Shown: positions 9,234 through 18,397, counted from the first letter of the stretch. The stretch: DNA of 64,000 nucleotides from Candidatus Aenigmatarchaeota archaeon (GCA_016187335.1 JACPJW010000002.1:1-64000), one strand, 5' to 3'. Numbers and translations are program-made. Notes: generated by a model not told the origin, from the sequence alone.

Positions 9234-9365
9234 CTACTTCTTCAATATTATTCTTATCCTTGACCTTATTGCATTCTTTATTTCCTTCCTCTTTTCGTTC
9301 CTTTTTCTGAGGAAAACCCTGACGCCGCTTTTCACGTATCCCAGGACTGCAAACCTGCGTGCCAT
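9234..9365 (-). CDS. Small highly basic ORF (43 aa) coupled to L18
   Basis: MARRFAVLGYVKSGVRVFLRKRNEKRKEIKNAIRSRIRIILKK; its ATG overlaps the L18 stop (TAATG). Confidence 0.5.
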   Translation of the reverse strand: MARRFAVLGYVKSGVRVFLRKRNEKRKEIKNAIRSRIRIILKK

Positions 9366-9925
9366 TATAATTCCCCGATCCTTTTCTTTACTTCTTCAAA
9401 ATGCTGCGTGATGTTTTCCGGCTGCAGGCCGCTCTTCAGGCAGGCGGAAAACTGCTTCCTGTATTTCTCCTGATCGGTGGATTTCAGGTGCTGCGCGTAG
9501 TCGGCAATATGCTTGCCTTTAAGCCGCTCCCCGGGTATTTCCGCATCCACGGGGATGTCGATGCCAGCGTCCCTTACGCCAAGGGCTGCGGCAAAAAGCG
9601 ACTGGGATTTCTTTGACTGCAGTCCCAGGTCAGCAATCCCGCTGTCAAAGCCTTCCTTCGCCGCGGTTTTCCCGAAAAGCATTCCCGTGAGATAAGCTGC
9701 CGGCATGGACCCGGTGTGCCCTTTCCAACCGTGCTCTCTCAGGTGTTTTGAAGTGATTTCAACAAATGTCTGGTCGCCTTTTTCCGCGTACTTGACAAGC
9801 TGTATTGAAAAGCCGTTGCTGGACCTTCTGACGACTATCCTGTTCTTCCTCCCGAGCAGCATCAGAAGCCGCTTGCGGTAGTTCGTTTTCTGTTCCGCCC
9901 TTCTCCGGAATTTCATCTGGAACAT
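9365..9925 (-). CDS. rpl18: 50S ribosomal protein L18 (uL18)
   Basis: FRRRAEQKTNYRKRL, AAYLTG, GKHIADYA. Confidence 0.96.
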   Translation of the reverse strand: MFQMKFRRRAEQKTNYRKRLLMLLGRKNRIVVRRSSNGFSIQLVKYAEKGDQTFVEITSKHLREHGWKGHTGSMPAAYLTGMLFGKTAAKEGFDSGIADLGLQSKKSQSLFAAALGVRDAGIDIPVDAEIPGERLKGKHIADYAQHLKSTDQEKYRKQFSACLKSGLQPENITQHFEEVKKRIGEL

Positions 9926-10066
9926 TTTATAACCCCTCTGTCAAAATGGAATGGATTGTCAAGTTAAACGCTTGATCTCTCCACCTTCCTTTTCCCCGTT
10001 TTTGTTTTTACTTCCCACTTTATTTTTTTCAACCGATTCTTACTTTCCTTTCTGATAAATTTCCAC

Positions 10067-10531
10067 TCACTCCTTTCTTTCCTTTTCTTCCTTCAGCAGG
10101 TTGTTCCTTTCCATGTAATTCGTCAGGTGAGCCCTGCTGCGGAAAAACCCGCTCTTGCTTTTGAGATACAGCAGGCGGTACGTCCTTTTTTCAAGCCTCT
10201 GCGCTGCACGCATTTCCCTGAGCACGGACCTCAGCGTGCGTATCCGCTTTATCCAGAATTTTTTCTGGTTTGACACCGCCCCCTTTCTTGAGCCGTGCCC
10301 TTTCCTCCTTCCCTTTTTCTTCTGGAGGGCGATTTTCTTCTTCCTTGAAGCGCTGACGCCCTGTTCCTGCTCCTTCCTTATCACGCCTTCCTTGACAAGC
10401 CTCCGTATGTCAGCGGCAGTTATGGCTTCGTCTATGTCATTGACCCTTTCAGGGTCAAGCCAGACGCGCGATACGCCGCACTTCATCACGCGCGCCGCGA
10501 TTTTTTTCTGCGTCTCCAGCGACATTATCAT
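10067..10531 (-). CDS. rpl19e: 50S ribosomal protein L19e
   Basis: LETQKKIAARVMKCGVSRVW, KGRRKGHGSRKG, WIKRIR. Confidence 0.97.
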   Translation of the reverse strand: MIMSLETQKKIAARVMKCGVSRVWLDPERVNDIDEAITAADIRRLVKEGVIRKEQEQGVSASRKKKIALQKKKGRRKGHGSRKGAVSNQKKFWIKRIRTLRSVLREMRAAQRLEKRTYRLLYLKSKSGFFRSRAHLTNYMERNNLLKEEKERKE

Positions 10532-10572
10532 TCACCAGCATTCCATTGACGATTCAAATTTCATAACGTTCC

Positions 10573-10601
10573 TTTTGATGAAACTTTTTTGAAAAGTTTC
10601 A
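10573..10601. repeat. Family A palindromic element
   Basis: TTTTGA-TGAAACTTTT-TTG-AAAAGTTTCA; supplies the TGA stop of the Zn-ribbon ORF. Confidence 0.9.
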
Positions 10602-10763
10602 GTTCCAGAACTTCGCCTCGTCGTCCTTGGGCTCGGCAAGCCTTGAGATTGCAAAATCATTGAAAGCTATTTCGCATCTTTTGCAGTGGTATGTCTCCTT
10701 TGAAAGCTTTTTTCCGCCGTCCCCGCAAATGGGGCATTTTCCAGGCCCGAATGCAATGAACAT
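10599..10763 (-). CDS. Zn-ribbon microprotein (54 aa) between L32e and L19e
   Basis: Manual translation MFIAFGPGKCPICGDGGKKLSKETYHCKRCEIAFNDFAISRLAEPKDDEAKFWN; two CxxC motifs; starts 5 nt after the L32e stop. Confidence 0.7.
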   Translation of the reverse strand: MFIAFGPGKCPICGDGGKKLSKETYHCKRCEIAFNDFAISRLAEPKDDEAKFWN

Positions 10764-10768
10764 GTTTG

Positions 10769-11269
10769 TCAGCTCTTTGTCAAGTCGGAATGCTTTCTTT
10801 CGTTCTGTTTATCCCTATTGGTCTCTTCTTTGCTCTCCGTTTTTGCTTCTTCCTCTTTCTTTTCCGCTTTTGCTTTTTCCTTATTTGTAAATTTTTTCTC
10901 TTTTTTCTTCAAAATTTCTTCATGCCTTCTCTTCGCGGCATCAGCGCTTTTCATGTTCAGCAGCCTTATGTTCCGCTGCTGCGCGATTACGGCTATCTCC
11001 GCGGCTTTCCTTTTTCCGAGGGATGACGAGATTATTACCGCCCCGTCCTTCACCGAATTCATGTCCCCAACGGATTTCACAACTGTCGCCTTTATAAATC
11101 CTCTTTCAAGCCCGCGGAATTTTCTTGGAGACCTGCGGCCGATGCTGGGCATTTTCCCCGCGCCTTTCTTTGATTTTCTCAGCTTGCTCTGCTTGCCTCT
11201 GGGTTTCTGCCATCTCGTCCCCAGCTTCTTGTAGCGGAAATAATCCTGCGGCTTGAAGTCTTTGCTCAT
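10769..11269 (-). CDS. rpl32e: 50S ribosomal protein L32e with charged C-terminal extension
   Basis: FKPQDYFRYKKLGTRWQKPRGKQSKLR; ATG overlaps the L6 stop. Confidence 0.93.
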   Translation of the reverse strand: MSKDFKPQDYFRYKKLGTRWQKPRGKQSKLRKSKKGAGKMPSIGRRSPRKFRGLERGFIKATVVKSVGDMNSVKDGAVIISSSLGKRKAAEIAVIAQQRNIRLLNMKSADAAKRRHEEILKKKEKKFTNKEKAKAEKKEEEAKTESKEETNRDKQNERKHSDLTKS

Positions 11270-11808
11270 TCGGAAACACCTCGCGATGCCAGGTACACGC
11301 CGTCCTGGAAAATCCTGCGGTCCCGTTTGCTTATTTTGCACGCGTGCTCAATATTGGCCGCTGTCTGGCCGAGCTCTTCTTTGTCGGTTCCGTTGATCAC
11401 GATCTCGTCCTTGTCCAGCTTCACTTCCGCTTTGCCTACGATTTTCGCCGTGCGCGCGCCCTTCTCGCCCAAAAAGTTGCGGATCTGGACTTCGCCGTCT
11501 TTCACCGTGATGTTGATGGGAAAGTGCGTGTAAAATATCTTCATCCTGTATGCGTAACCCGAAGAGACGCCGAGGAACATGTTCTTTAAGTGCGCCTCTA
11601 TGGTGCCGACCATGGCGCGGTGCTTCTTGGTGTCCTTGCTGCTTCTGACGGCAATCTCCCGGCCCTGTTTCTCTATCACGAGCGTTCGCACGAAGCGCGG
11701 GTCGCTGAAGCTCCTTTCAAGGGAGCCCTTGCTTCCTTTCACTACAACCTTCTTTCCTTCAACGCTCACGTCAACGTGCTCCGGAACTTCTATTTTCTTT
11801 TCAATCAT
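11266..11808 (-). CDS. rpl6: 50S ribosomal protein L6 (uL6)
   Basis: YTHFPI, NFLGEK, RDRRIFQDGVY. Confidence 0.97.
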   Translation of the reverse strand: MIEKKIEVPEHVDVSVEGKKVVVKGSKGSLERSFSDPRFVRTLVIEKQGREIAVRSSKDTKKHRAMVGTIEAHLKNMFLGVSSGYAYRMKIFYTHFPINITVKDGEVQIRNFLGEKGARTAKIVGKAEVKLDKDEIVINGTDKEELGQTAANIEHACKISKRDRRIFQDGVYLASRGVSE

Positions 11809-11817
11809 GAAAATCCC

Positions 11818-12204
11818 TCAATAGATATAACCGACGATGCGGCCTCCAAGCCCTTTTTTCTGGGCTTCTTTCTGGCTCATCACTCCCCTGGGGGTTGAAA
11901 CGATGAGCATGCCGAAATCCTTTGCCGGCAAAAAGCGGGTTTCCCATTTTTCGTATTCGTTCTTCTTCACGGCAAACCTCGGGCGCACGGCGCGCGACTT
12001 GTTTATTTTTCCGGCGAGGCTCACGCTGAACGTGCCTGATTTTCCGTCGTCTATGAATTCAAAGCCGCCTATGTAGCCCGCTTTTTGCATGACCAGGAGC
12101 ACGTTCTTCACTGTGTCCGACGCAGGGACTACGCAGCTCTTCTTCCCGCTTTTCTCGGCGTTGTCCACCGAATACAGCACATCAACCAGAATGTCGTGTC
12201 TCAT
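11818..12204 (-). CDS. rps8: 30S ribosomal protein S8 (uS8)
   Basis: GKINKSRAVRPRF, RFLPAKDFG, VSTPRGVMS. Confidence 0.97.
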   Translation of the reverse strand: MRHDILVDVLYSVDNAEKSGKKSCVVPASDTVKNVLLVMQKAGYIGGFEFIDDGKSGTFSVSLAGKINKSRAVRPRFAVKKNEYEKWETRFLPAKDFGMLIVSTPRGVMSQKEAQKKGLGGRIVGYIY

Positions 12205-12223
12205 TTCTCATCACTCATATAAT

Positions 12224-12670
12224 TTAATTGAAAAGCATCTCATCCATCTGCTTGCAATCATGCATGTCTAATATTTTAGAAACACCGACAAGTTCAAGGT
12301 TTGGAAGACTAATGTCATTCAATTCTCTTGCATCCGTTACCTCCATGAATTCCGCCAGCATTCTTTCTGAAATTTCCGGGCTAAAGGAATGTGCGGATAT
12401 CACTTGCTTCGGTTGTGGTTTCCTGACAAACTTACCTAGCATGTAAAGAGCAATTTTTTCTTCTGTGAAATAAGTAAAAGAAAGTATCGAAAAAGGTTTA
12501 CCGCCGCCATCTACTATCCTTGCTCGTGGTTCAATCTGAATTCTACTGATGTAGTTGCCTATTTTCGAAGGGTCTGATATGACAACAGATTTGCCTTTTA
12601 CGTAAATCATTTTTTCTTGTAGTAAGTCTTCTTTACTTACCTTTACCGGAAAGCTAAATTCGTATTCCAT
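12224..12670 (-). CDS. Hypothetical protein inserted between S14 and S8
   Basis: 148 aa, more AT-rich than its neighbours, fills the gap with an SD-like GGTGAG; no family recognised. Confidence 0.75.
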   Translation of the reverse strand: MEYEFSFPVKVSKEDLLQEKMIYVKGKSVVISDPSKIGNYISRIQIEPRARIVDGGGKPFSILSFTYFTEEKIALYMLGKFVRKPQPKQVISAHSFSPEISERMLAEFMEVTDARELNDISLPNLELVGVSKILDMHDCKQMDEMLFN

Positions 12671-12676
12671 TGTTTC

Positions 12677-12835
12677 TCACCTGTATTTCCTGAAGCCTAT
12701 CTCCGCTGCGACCTCGCGGAAGCACCGGCGGCAGTACATAAGCCCGTATTTCCTTATCACTCCGCGGAACACGCCGCATCTGACGCACTTGTGCGCGCCC
12801 TTGCCGATTTTTCTTTTCACTTTCTTGTTCCTCAT
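12677..12835 (-). CDS. rps14: 30S ribosomal protein S14 type Z (uS14)
   Basis: CVRCG...[15 protein letters not shown]...GFRKY. Confidence 0.96.
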   Translation of the reverse strand: MRNKKVKRKIGKGAHKCVRCGVFRGVIRKYGLMYCRRCFREVAAEIGFRKYR

Positions 12836-12849
12836 AATTTCCGCCTTGA

Positions 12850-13365
12850 TTATTCCTCTATTGTTACGCCGAAATTCTCTTTCATGAATTCCACGGCTTC
12901 CTCTTTTTTTATAACGTGGTTCTTTCCTATCCTTGACGCGATCTTCCTTTTCTTCACGCGGTATCCGGGCCTTTCCAGGGTGACGCAAACGTCAAATCCC
13001 AGCACGCCTATTTTCGGGTCGTAGTCCATCTGTGGAACGTCTATGTACTCCTTGACCCCAAAGGACACGTTGCCTGTCTGGTCAAAACTGCCTTTCATGA
13101 GCCTGTTCTCCTTGGCCTCAAGCATCCGGCGCAGGAATTCCTCCCTGCCTTTCCGTATCGTGACCTTGCATCCGATGGGCCTGTTTTTCGCGACGCCGAA
13201 AGTGGAGCGCTTGTGCGTCTTTGTTATGACCGCCGTTGTCCCTGTTACCCTTTCAAGTATTGTTTTCGCCGTTTCCGTGCTTGTTTTTGTTCCGCACCCT
13301 ATGTTCAGCGTCACTTTCTCCAGCCTTATCCTTCTCATCTTGTTCTCCATTTCCAACACCGTCAT
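12850..13365 (-). CDS. rpl5: 50S ribosomal protein L5 (uL5)
   Basis: [38 protein letters not shown]. Confidence 0.97.
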   Translation of the reverse strand: MTVLEMENKMRRIRLEKVTLNIGCGTKTSTETAKTILERVTGTTAVITKTHKRSTFGVAKNRPIGCKVTIRKGREEFLRRMLEAKENRLMKGSFDQTGNVSFGVKEYIDVPQMDYDPKIGVLGFDVCVTLERPGYRVKKRKIASRIGKNHVIKKEEAVEFMKENFGVTIEE

Positions 13366-13404
13366 CGGTTTCGTTCACACAAGCTTTTTTGAAACACAAT
13401 TTTT

Positions 13405-14106
13405 TCATTGGAGTTTCAGGTTTGCTAATGATATCAGCGGCTTGTCTTTGCCCACGACAAAGACGTAATCCTTCGGCACGGGAACATCCTTGCCGTCCAC
13501 GCTCACAACCACGATGTTCGGATGCGAGCTTTTCGTTATTATTATCTTTTTTATCGTAACGAAAGCGCCCGTGTTTTTGCCGTGCGCAATGAGGGCAACG
13601 GAGTCTTTCTCGAATCTGACGACGCTCTTTATTTTGTTCTCCATATCCATGGCTATGACATCGCCTGTTTTGTAATCGTCCTTTTCCACGGCAATGTTGC
13701 TGCCGTCGTGGAGGTTGAGCTGTATTTTCCTGTTCTTGAGATGAACCTTGTTCTCCACCCTCAGCAGCCTGAAAGCTTCCTTCCTGTCTATGCTCACCAG
13801 ATGCAGGCCCTTTCTGCCGGCAAGTATCCTGTAAACGTCGTCGCCTATCTCGATTATGTCCATGAATCCCACAGGAAACCCGTGGTCTTTCCTTGCCCTG
13901 CCGTTCACCTTCACGACGCCCTTGTTGAGGATAGCTCTGGCTTCCTTCAGCGTTTCCGCGTGCTTCAAAACATCTCTAAGCACCATTCCGAGCGGCATCG
14001 AAGTCTTCAGCGAATGCGGCCCGGGCTTCGGCATTATCACGTATTTCTTCGTCTTCGTTTCTATCGGCCAGAAACTCGGCGCTGCGAGGCGTTTCAGTTT
14101 GCTCAT
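13405..14106 (-). CDS. rps4e: 30S ribosomal protein S4e
   Basis: LKRLAAPSFW, PKPGPHS, QLNLHDG, DYVFVVG. Confidence 0.97.
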   Translation of the reverse strand: MSKLKRLAAPSFWPIETKTKKYVIMPKPGPHSLKTSMPLGMVLRDVLKHAETLKEARAILNKGVVKVNGRARKDHGFPVGFMDIIEIGDDVYRILAGRKGLHLVSIDRKEAFRLLRVENKVHLKNRKIQLNLHDGSNIAVEKDDYKTGDVIAMDMENKIKSVVRFEKDSVALIAHGKNTGAFVTIKKIIITKSSHPNIVVVSVDGKDVPVPKDYVFVVGKDKPLISLANLKLQ

Positions 14107-14162
14107 GGTTTACCACCTTTTGCCAAAGCGGAAGGATGCGTTCCGTTCTTTTTTCTCTCCAT

Positions 14163-14642
14163 TTATTTTTTCTCCTCTTTCGTTTTCTGTTCTTTGCTTT
14201 GCTCTGGTTTCATTTCCTCCGTCGTTTTGGTCGTCAAGCCTTTCTGTTTCTTCCTTTCCAGTATTTTCTTCCTTTCGCTGTCATCCAGATTCAGCTTGGT
14301 TATCACGACATTGCTCGGGTCTATGGGAGCCTGAACTTCCTGCCCCGAGACCTTTTTTCTTTTTGCGTTTTCCATGTACACCTTCATCTCCTTCATGTCA
14401 ACGCGCGACACCTTGCCTTTTGATCCTTTGTGGGAACCTGTGATAACAACAACTTCATCGTCTTTCCTGACAGGCAGCGATCTTTTTCCGTATTCCTTGC
14501 GCAGCTCCCTGCTCAGGTGCGCCGCCAGCATCCTGTGCCTCAGGTGCAGGGGAGCGTTGTACCTGTACTTTCTCTGCTTCCTGGGCTGCGAACTGCTCAC
14601 CCACTGCTTTGAAAACATTTTTTTCATTTCAAACACCGTCAA
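14163..14642 (-). CDS. rpl24: 50S ribosomal protein L24 (uL24)
   Basis: SSQPRKQRKYRYNAPLH, LPVRKDDEV, PIDPSNVVI. Confidence 0.97.
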   Translation of the reverse strand: MTVFEMKKMFSKQWVSSSQPRKQRKYRYNAPLHLRHRMLAAHLSRELRKEYGKRSLPVRKDDEVVVITGSHKGSKGKVSRVDMKEMKVYMENAKRKKVSGQEVQAPIDPSNVVITKLNLDDSERKKILERKKQKGLTTKTTEEMKPEQSKEQKTKEEKK

Positions 14643-14643
14643 A

Positions 14644-15045
14644 TCACAAAACTATGCTTGATATCTTGCCTATCGGGGAAAACCGCTCGACGGCTTCCTT
14701 GGCAACCACTGTGCGCACCTCTGTTCCCTGCGGCTCGAACGTCTTGGGATTCACGAGAATGGCTGCGTTGTCCATGAACTTTACGCGCGTTCCGTCGGCG
14801 CGCCTGTATTCCTTTTTCTGCCTCACTATGACGGCGTAAACGACAGTGCCGCGGACCTTCTCTTTTCCTTTCTTGACGCTGCATATGACGACGTCGCCTA
14901 TTCCGGCCTTCGGCAGCCTTCGCAGCCTCCCCTTGTATCCTTTTACCGATATCAGCTCCAGTTCCTTCGCTCCTGTGTTGTCTGCGCAGTTCAGCCGCGA
15001 CTTGAGCTGTATCGGCTTCGTCATTTTCGCTGTGAGTCCTTTCAT
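14644..15045 (-). CDS. rpl14: 50S ribosomal protein L14 (uL14)
   Basis: CADNTGAKEL, RRLPKAGIGD, RRADG...FMDNAA. Confidence 0.97.
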   Translation of the reverse strand: MKGLTAKMTKPIQLKSRLNCADNTGAKELELISVKGYKGRLRRLPKAGIGDVVICSVKKGKEKVRGTVVYAVIVRQKKEYRRADGTRVKFMDNAAILVNPKTFEPQGTEVRTVVAKEAVERFSPIGKISSIVL

Positions 15046-15064
15046 ATCAGCATCACACCATATA

Positions 15065-15127
15065 TTTTTGATAGAACTTTTTGTTAAAAAGTTCTTTTTG
15101 ATAGAACTTTTTGTTAAAAAGTTCTAT
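15065..15127. repeat. Family A element, exact 30-nt tandem duplication
   Basis: (TTTTTGATAGAACTTTTTGTTAAAAAGTTC)x2 followed by TAT; overlaps the S17 stop TAG. Confidence 0.95.
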
Positions 15128-15471
15128 GCAGTAACTTTTTCCACGACGACGAACCGCTTCGCTTTTGAAAGCGGCCGGCACTCGGCTATGGTAACGGTGT
15201 CGCCCTCCTTTGCGGCGATGCACTGCGGGTTATGGGCCGCTATGCGCGTGTTTTTCCTCTGGTACCTTTCGTACTTGGGAACGTATGTGTAGTAATTCCA
15301 CTCGACGATAGCGGTATTCAGCGCCTTTGAAGAGACGACTTTTCCGCTGAAAACCCGGCCGCGCACCTTCAGGTGGCCGTGCCACGGGCATTTCTCGCTG
15401 CCGCATGCTTCCTTCGGCGCTTCGGCAGCTATGCCGATGTTTTTCACTGCAGTTTTCTTTTTTCGTGCCAT
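15124..15471 (-). CDS. rps17: 30S ribosomal protein S17 (uS17)
   Basis: CPWHGHLKVRGR, PKYERY, ECRPLSK. Confidence 0.97.
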   Translation of the reverse strand: MARKKKTAVKNIGIAAEAPKEACGSEKCPWHGHLKVRGRVFSGKVVSSKALNTAIVEWNYYTYVPKYERYQRKNTRIAAHNPQCIAAKEGDTVTIAECRPLSKAKRFVVVEKVTA

Positions 15472-15487
15472 TTTTCACACCGTAATA

Positions 15488-15531
15488 TTTTTCTTTCCAT
15501 GCATGCTTTCTTTTCCAAAAAGAAAGGATGC
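15488..15531. repeat. Family B palindromic element (intergenic counterpart of the tRNA-Ile D-loop intron core)
   Basis: 44 nt matching 26120-26161 with four substitutions and one 2-nt indel; on the minus strand it begins at the G of the rnp1 stop TAG. Confidence 0.9.
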
Positions 15532-15821
15532 TACCATTTCCTGAATTTCTTTTTTATCCTGTCTTCGGGCCTCGCAACAAGATGGCTGCCCTCGACGTCA
15601 ACCTTCTGGTTTCCAACATCAATCCTGAAAACGCTCCCGGATTTCACGATCCGCTTTGTTTCATTTTCCTTCTTTAAGACAAGCGTCTTCATCGTTTCGT
15701 CAACAATCCTTCCTTTTATGCCCGTGTTTTGCGGGTTTCTTGCCCTGACAACTTCGCATTCAAGCCCGATCAGCTCGTGACGCAGGATGTTCTTCGCATT
15801 CCGCATGGGCATCAACTTCAA
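15531..15821 (-). CDS. rnp1: Ribonuclease P protein component 1 (Rpp29)
   Basis: NILRHELIGL, GIKGRIVDET, RPEDRIKK; usual operon position. Confidence 0.95.
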   Translation of the reverse strand: MKLMPMRNAKNILRHELIGLECEVVRARNPQNTGIKGRIVDETMKTLVLKKENETKRIVKSGSVFRIDVGNQKVDVEGSHLVARPEDRIKKKFRKW

Positions 15822-15855
15822 TCTGCATCAACGCTTTAGTTTTCATTGACGGTCG

Positions 15856-15935
15856 TTTCCTTGAAGAGCAAAGCTCTTCGAGGTCCCGAAAAACTTCGTT
15901 TTTCGAGGATGATGAAACTTTTTTGAAAAGTTTCA
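15856..15935. repeat. 80-nt composite three-hairpin element, copy 2
   Basis: Gap-free paralogue of 7905-7984; overlaps the SUI1 stop TGA. Confidence 0.9.
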
Positions 15936-16235
15936 ACGCACTTCTATTATGTCGGCCGGAAACCCCTCTTTTATGAGTATCTCCTTCACGCGCTTCCTGT
16001 GGTCGCCCTGCAGCTCTATTTCATCGTTCTTGTATGTCCCGCCGCACGCTAGCTTCGACTTTAATTTTTTCAGCAGCCCCCTGATGTTGATCTTGCTTGA
16101 ATCTATTCCCTTTACCACCGTCATGTTCTTTCCAAAGCTCTTTTGCACCACGAAAACGCTTATTTTCTGCGCTTCTTTCGCTATCGTTTCGCATATGCAA
16201 AGCTCCTTTGGCAGGCCGCATTTCGGGCAAATCAC
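15933..16235 (-). CDS. Translation initiation factor SUI1 (aIF1)
   Basis: [33 protein letters not shown]. Confidence 0.96.
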   Translation of the reverse strand: MICPKCGLPKELCICETIAKEAQKISVFVVQKSFGKNMTVVKGIDSSKINIRGLLKKLKSKLACGGTYKNDEIELQGDHRKRVKEILIKEGFPADIIEVR

Positions 16236-16465
16236 GATTCTTTCGCACCTCTTGGTTTTTGTTTCTTTCCTTCTAGCTGAACTTTCTGCAGGGTCTGCAT
16301 CCTGGCTATGGTTCTTCGCAGGCCTTTTATTCTGCCGGGATTTTTCACGGTTCCTATCTCGCTCGCTGCTTTCTCCTTGGACAGCTCAAGCTTCAGCTCG
16401 CGTTGCTTTTCAGAAAGCTCTTTTTCGTTCATTTCCCGGATTTTTTTCATTTTAAGTATTGCCAT
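16232..16465 (-). CDS. rpl29: 50S ribosomal protein L29 (uL29)
   Basis: [12 protein letters not shown]...[17 protein letters not shown]. Confidence 0.95.
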   Translation of the reverse strand: MAILKMKKIREMNEKELSEKQRELKLELSKEKAASEIGTVKNPGRIKGLRRTIARMQTLQKVQLEGKKQKPRGAKES

Positions 16466-16480
16466 GCTCAGCACCACTCC

Positions 16481-16510
16481 AAACTTTTTAACAAAAAGTT
16501 TGATCAAAAA
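16481..16510. repeat. Family A element, reverse orientation
   Basis: AAACTTTTT-AAC-AAAAAGTTT-GATCAAAAA. Confidence 0.9.
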
Positions 16511-16516
16511 TTTTTC

Positions 16517-17203
16517 TTATTGCCTCGCCGCCTCCGCAACCGGGCTTTCTGCTGCTGCAACTTCCGGTTTTTCTTTCGCTTTTTCCTCCGCAGCTTCCTT
16601 GCTCTCGATTATTTTCTTTGCCCTCTGCATTATGTCAGCGTGCCTTATCATTATCTTGACAGTCACGCCTATGTTGCCGAGCCTCGGGTTAGCGACGGCA
16701 AAGCCTTTTATGACGTCTTTCAGTGCCGGGTCGCCGGCTTTTTTCAGGTATCCTGCCGTGAAGCGCTCCTTTCTTGACCGCTGGCCTGACATCTTCCCGG
16801 AGAATACAATTTCGCAGCCGACAGCGCCCGCTTCCATTATCTTCTCCACGTAGAAATTCCCGAGGCGCTTGTAGTTGACGCCCGTTTCCAGCGCGTTCGC
16901 GATATTCTGCGCGACGATGTGGGGGTCGGCGTCGGGGTTGTCAATCTTCTGCACGTCTATCTGCGGGTTTTCAATGCTGAATTTCTGCCTCAGCTGCTCC
17001 GTCGTTTCCCTTATGCGCTCGCCGCCGGCGCCTATGACAAGACCTGGCGTCGTCGTGTATATGATTATTCTCGTGACTATCGGCGTGTGCTGGACCTCGA
17101 TCTTGCCGCACTTCGCCTGCTTGAACTGGCCCCTGATGAACTCTTCCAGCCCGACGTTCTCTTTTGCTTTCTGTATGAATATGCGCTCTTTCATCAACAT
17201 CAC
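16517..17203 (-). CDS. rps3: 30S ribosomal protein S3 (uS3)
   Basis: TTTPGLVIGAGG, AVGCEIVFSGK, GYLKKAG. Confidence 0.97.
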   Translation of the reverse strand: MMLMKERIFIQKAKENVGLEEFIRGQFKQAKCGKIEVQHTPIVTRIIIYTTTPGLVIGAGGERIRETTEQLRQKFSIENPQIDVQKIDNPDADPHIVAQNIANALETGVNYKRLGNFYVEKIMEAGAVGCEIVFSGKMSGQRSRKERFTAGYLKKAGDPALKDVIKGFAVANPRLGNIGVTVKIMIRHADIMQRAKKIIESKEAAEEKAKEKPEVAAAESPVAEAARQ

Positions 17204-17863
17204 TCAATTCGTCCGCTTTTTTGCTTTCGCTTCGTCCGCCCTTCCTTCTATCTCCCTTTCCTTGTCCTTCATTTCCTTTATTTCCTCGTCAATGCCCTTT
17301 CTTTCGGCGGCGGCAAAATCCTTCTTTATTTTCTTCTCGGCTTCACTTTCCTCTGCCGATTTTTCTTCATGAGCAGCCGCAGCGGAGATTTCCTTCTCCT
17401 TTTCTTTCATTTTCTGGACTTCTTTTTTCACGGCTTCCGTAACGGCCTTCTTCATTTTTTCCTTTGTTTTTTCTTCATTCACCTTGCCCCTCTCTACCAG
17501 AAAAATTTCAAGGTGCGTGGCTTTCAGATGCGAGCCGAAGCCTGATTTCCGGCGGCGCCTTCTCATGGCCGTGCCCTGGTGAGCGGCTGCCTGAACAAAA
17601 AGCCTTTCGCTGTCCAGGCCGAGGTTCCCCGCGTTTTTTTCGCACGAATTCAGCAGCTCCAGGATGCCGTCAACAGTCTTGGAGTAATATTTTCCTTTCA
17701 GGCTTCTTCGCCCGCTTTTGATGTCGGTAAGGAGCCTTCTGGCCCTTGTAAGCGGCTTGTTCCTTATCGCAGCGCACAGCACGACAGCGGACTTCCTTGA
17801 TATCCTCATGTTCCTTCCATGCGCTTTCGCGTGCGGCTGCTTCGGCAAAAAAGTGTACGGCAT
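17204..17863 (-). CDS. rpl22: 50S ribosomal protein L22 (uL22) with long charged C-terminal extension
   Basis: RISRKSAVVLCAAIR, LLNSCEKNA, THLEIFL. Confidence 0.94.
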   Translation of the reverse strand: MPYTFLPKQPHAKAHGRNMRISRKSAVVLCAAIRNKPLTRARRLLTDIKSGRRSLKGKYYSKTVDGILELLNSCEKNAGNLGLDSERLFVQAAAHQGTAMRRRRRKSGFGSHLKATHLEIFLVERGKVNEEKTKEKMKKAVTEAVKKEVQKMKEKEKEISAAAAHEEKSAEESEAEKKIKKDFAAAERKGIDEEIKEMKDKEREIEGRADEAKAKKRTN

Positions 17864-17954
17864 GTTCTACATCACCTGTCAAAGCGGAAGTGAAATGTCC
17901 GGCTGCCATAACCTGCACCAGAGTTCTTTTCCGATTCCGACATTCCATTCCACC

Positions 17955-18010
17955 TTTTTGATTAAACTTTTTTTTAAAAATTTTTTGATTAAACTTTTCT
18001 GAAAAGTTTA
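17955..18010. repeat. Family A element, imperfect tandem pair
   Basis: TTTTTGATTAAACTTTTTTTTAAAAATT followed by TTTTGATTAAACTTTTCTGAAAAGTTTA; overlaps the S19 stop TAA. Confidence 0.88.
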
Positions 18011-18397
18011 TTTCAGCGGCACGAACTTGCTTGAGCGCGTCGCCCCGAGACCGGGCGCGCTGTGCTGCACGCGCTTTCTCGTCAGCGCGAATTCTCCCAG
18101 GTAATGGCCGACCATTTGCTCTGTAATGCTGACAGTAACGAACTCGTTGCCCTTGTGGACGCCGAGCTTCGCCCCCACCATTTCCGGAAGTATCACCATG
18201 TCGCGCGCGTGCGTCCTTATCAGCTTGTCCTTCCCGCGGAAGCGCCGGATTTTTTCCAGCAGCATCTTCTGCTTCCTGCTGAGCCCGCGCTTTAGTGAGC
18301 GCCTGTGGCGCGCCGGCAGCAGTTTGGCGAATTCTTCGAGCGGCATGTTCTCCAGCTGCTCCAGTTCCAGTCCGTGGTACGTGAATTTTTTGGCCAT
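18008..18397 (-). CDS. rps19: 30S ribosomal protein S19 (uS19)
   Basis: [40 protein letters not shown]. Confidence 0.97.
   Translation of the reverse strand: MAKKFTYHGLELEQLENMPLEEFAKLLPARHRRSLKRGLSRKQKMLLEKIRRFRGKDKLIRTHARDMVILPEMVGAKLGVHKGNEFVTVSITEQMVGHYLGEFALTRKRVQHSAPGLGATRSSKFVPLK

Noticed and set aside
13379-13405. Possible degenerate family A copy after S4e (similar weak cases near 5535 and 59828)
   Set aside because: The arms do not pair well enough to separate them from T/A-rich background
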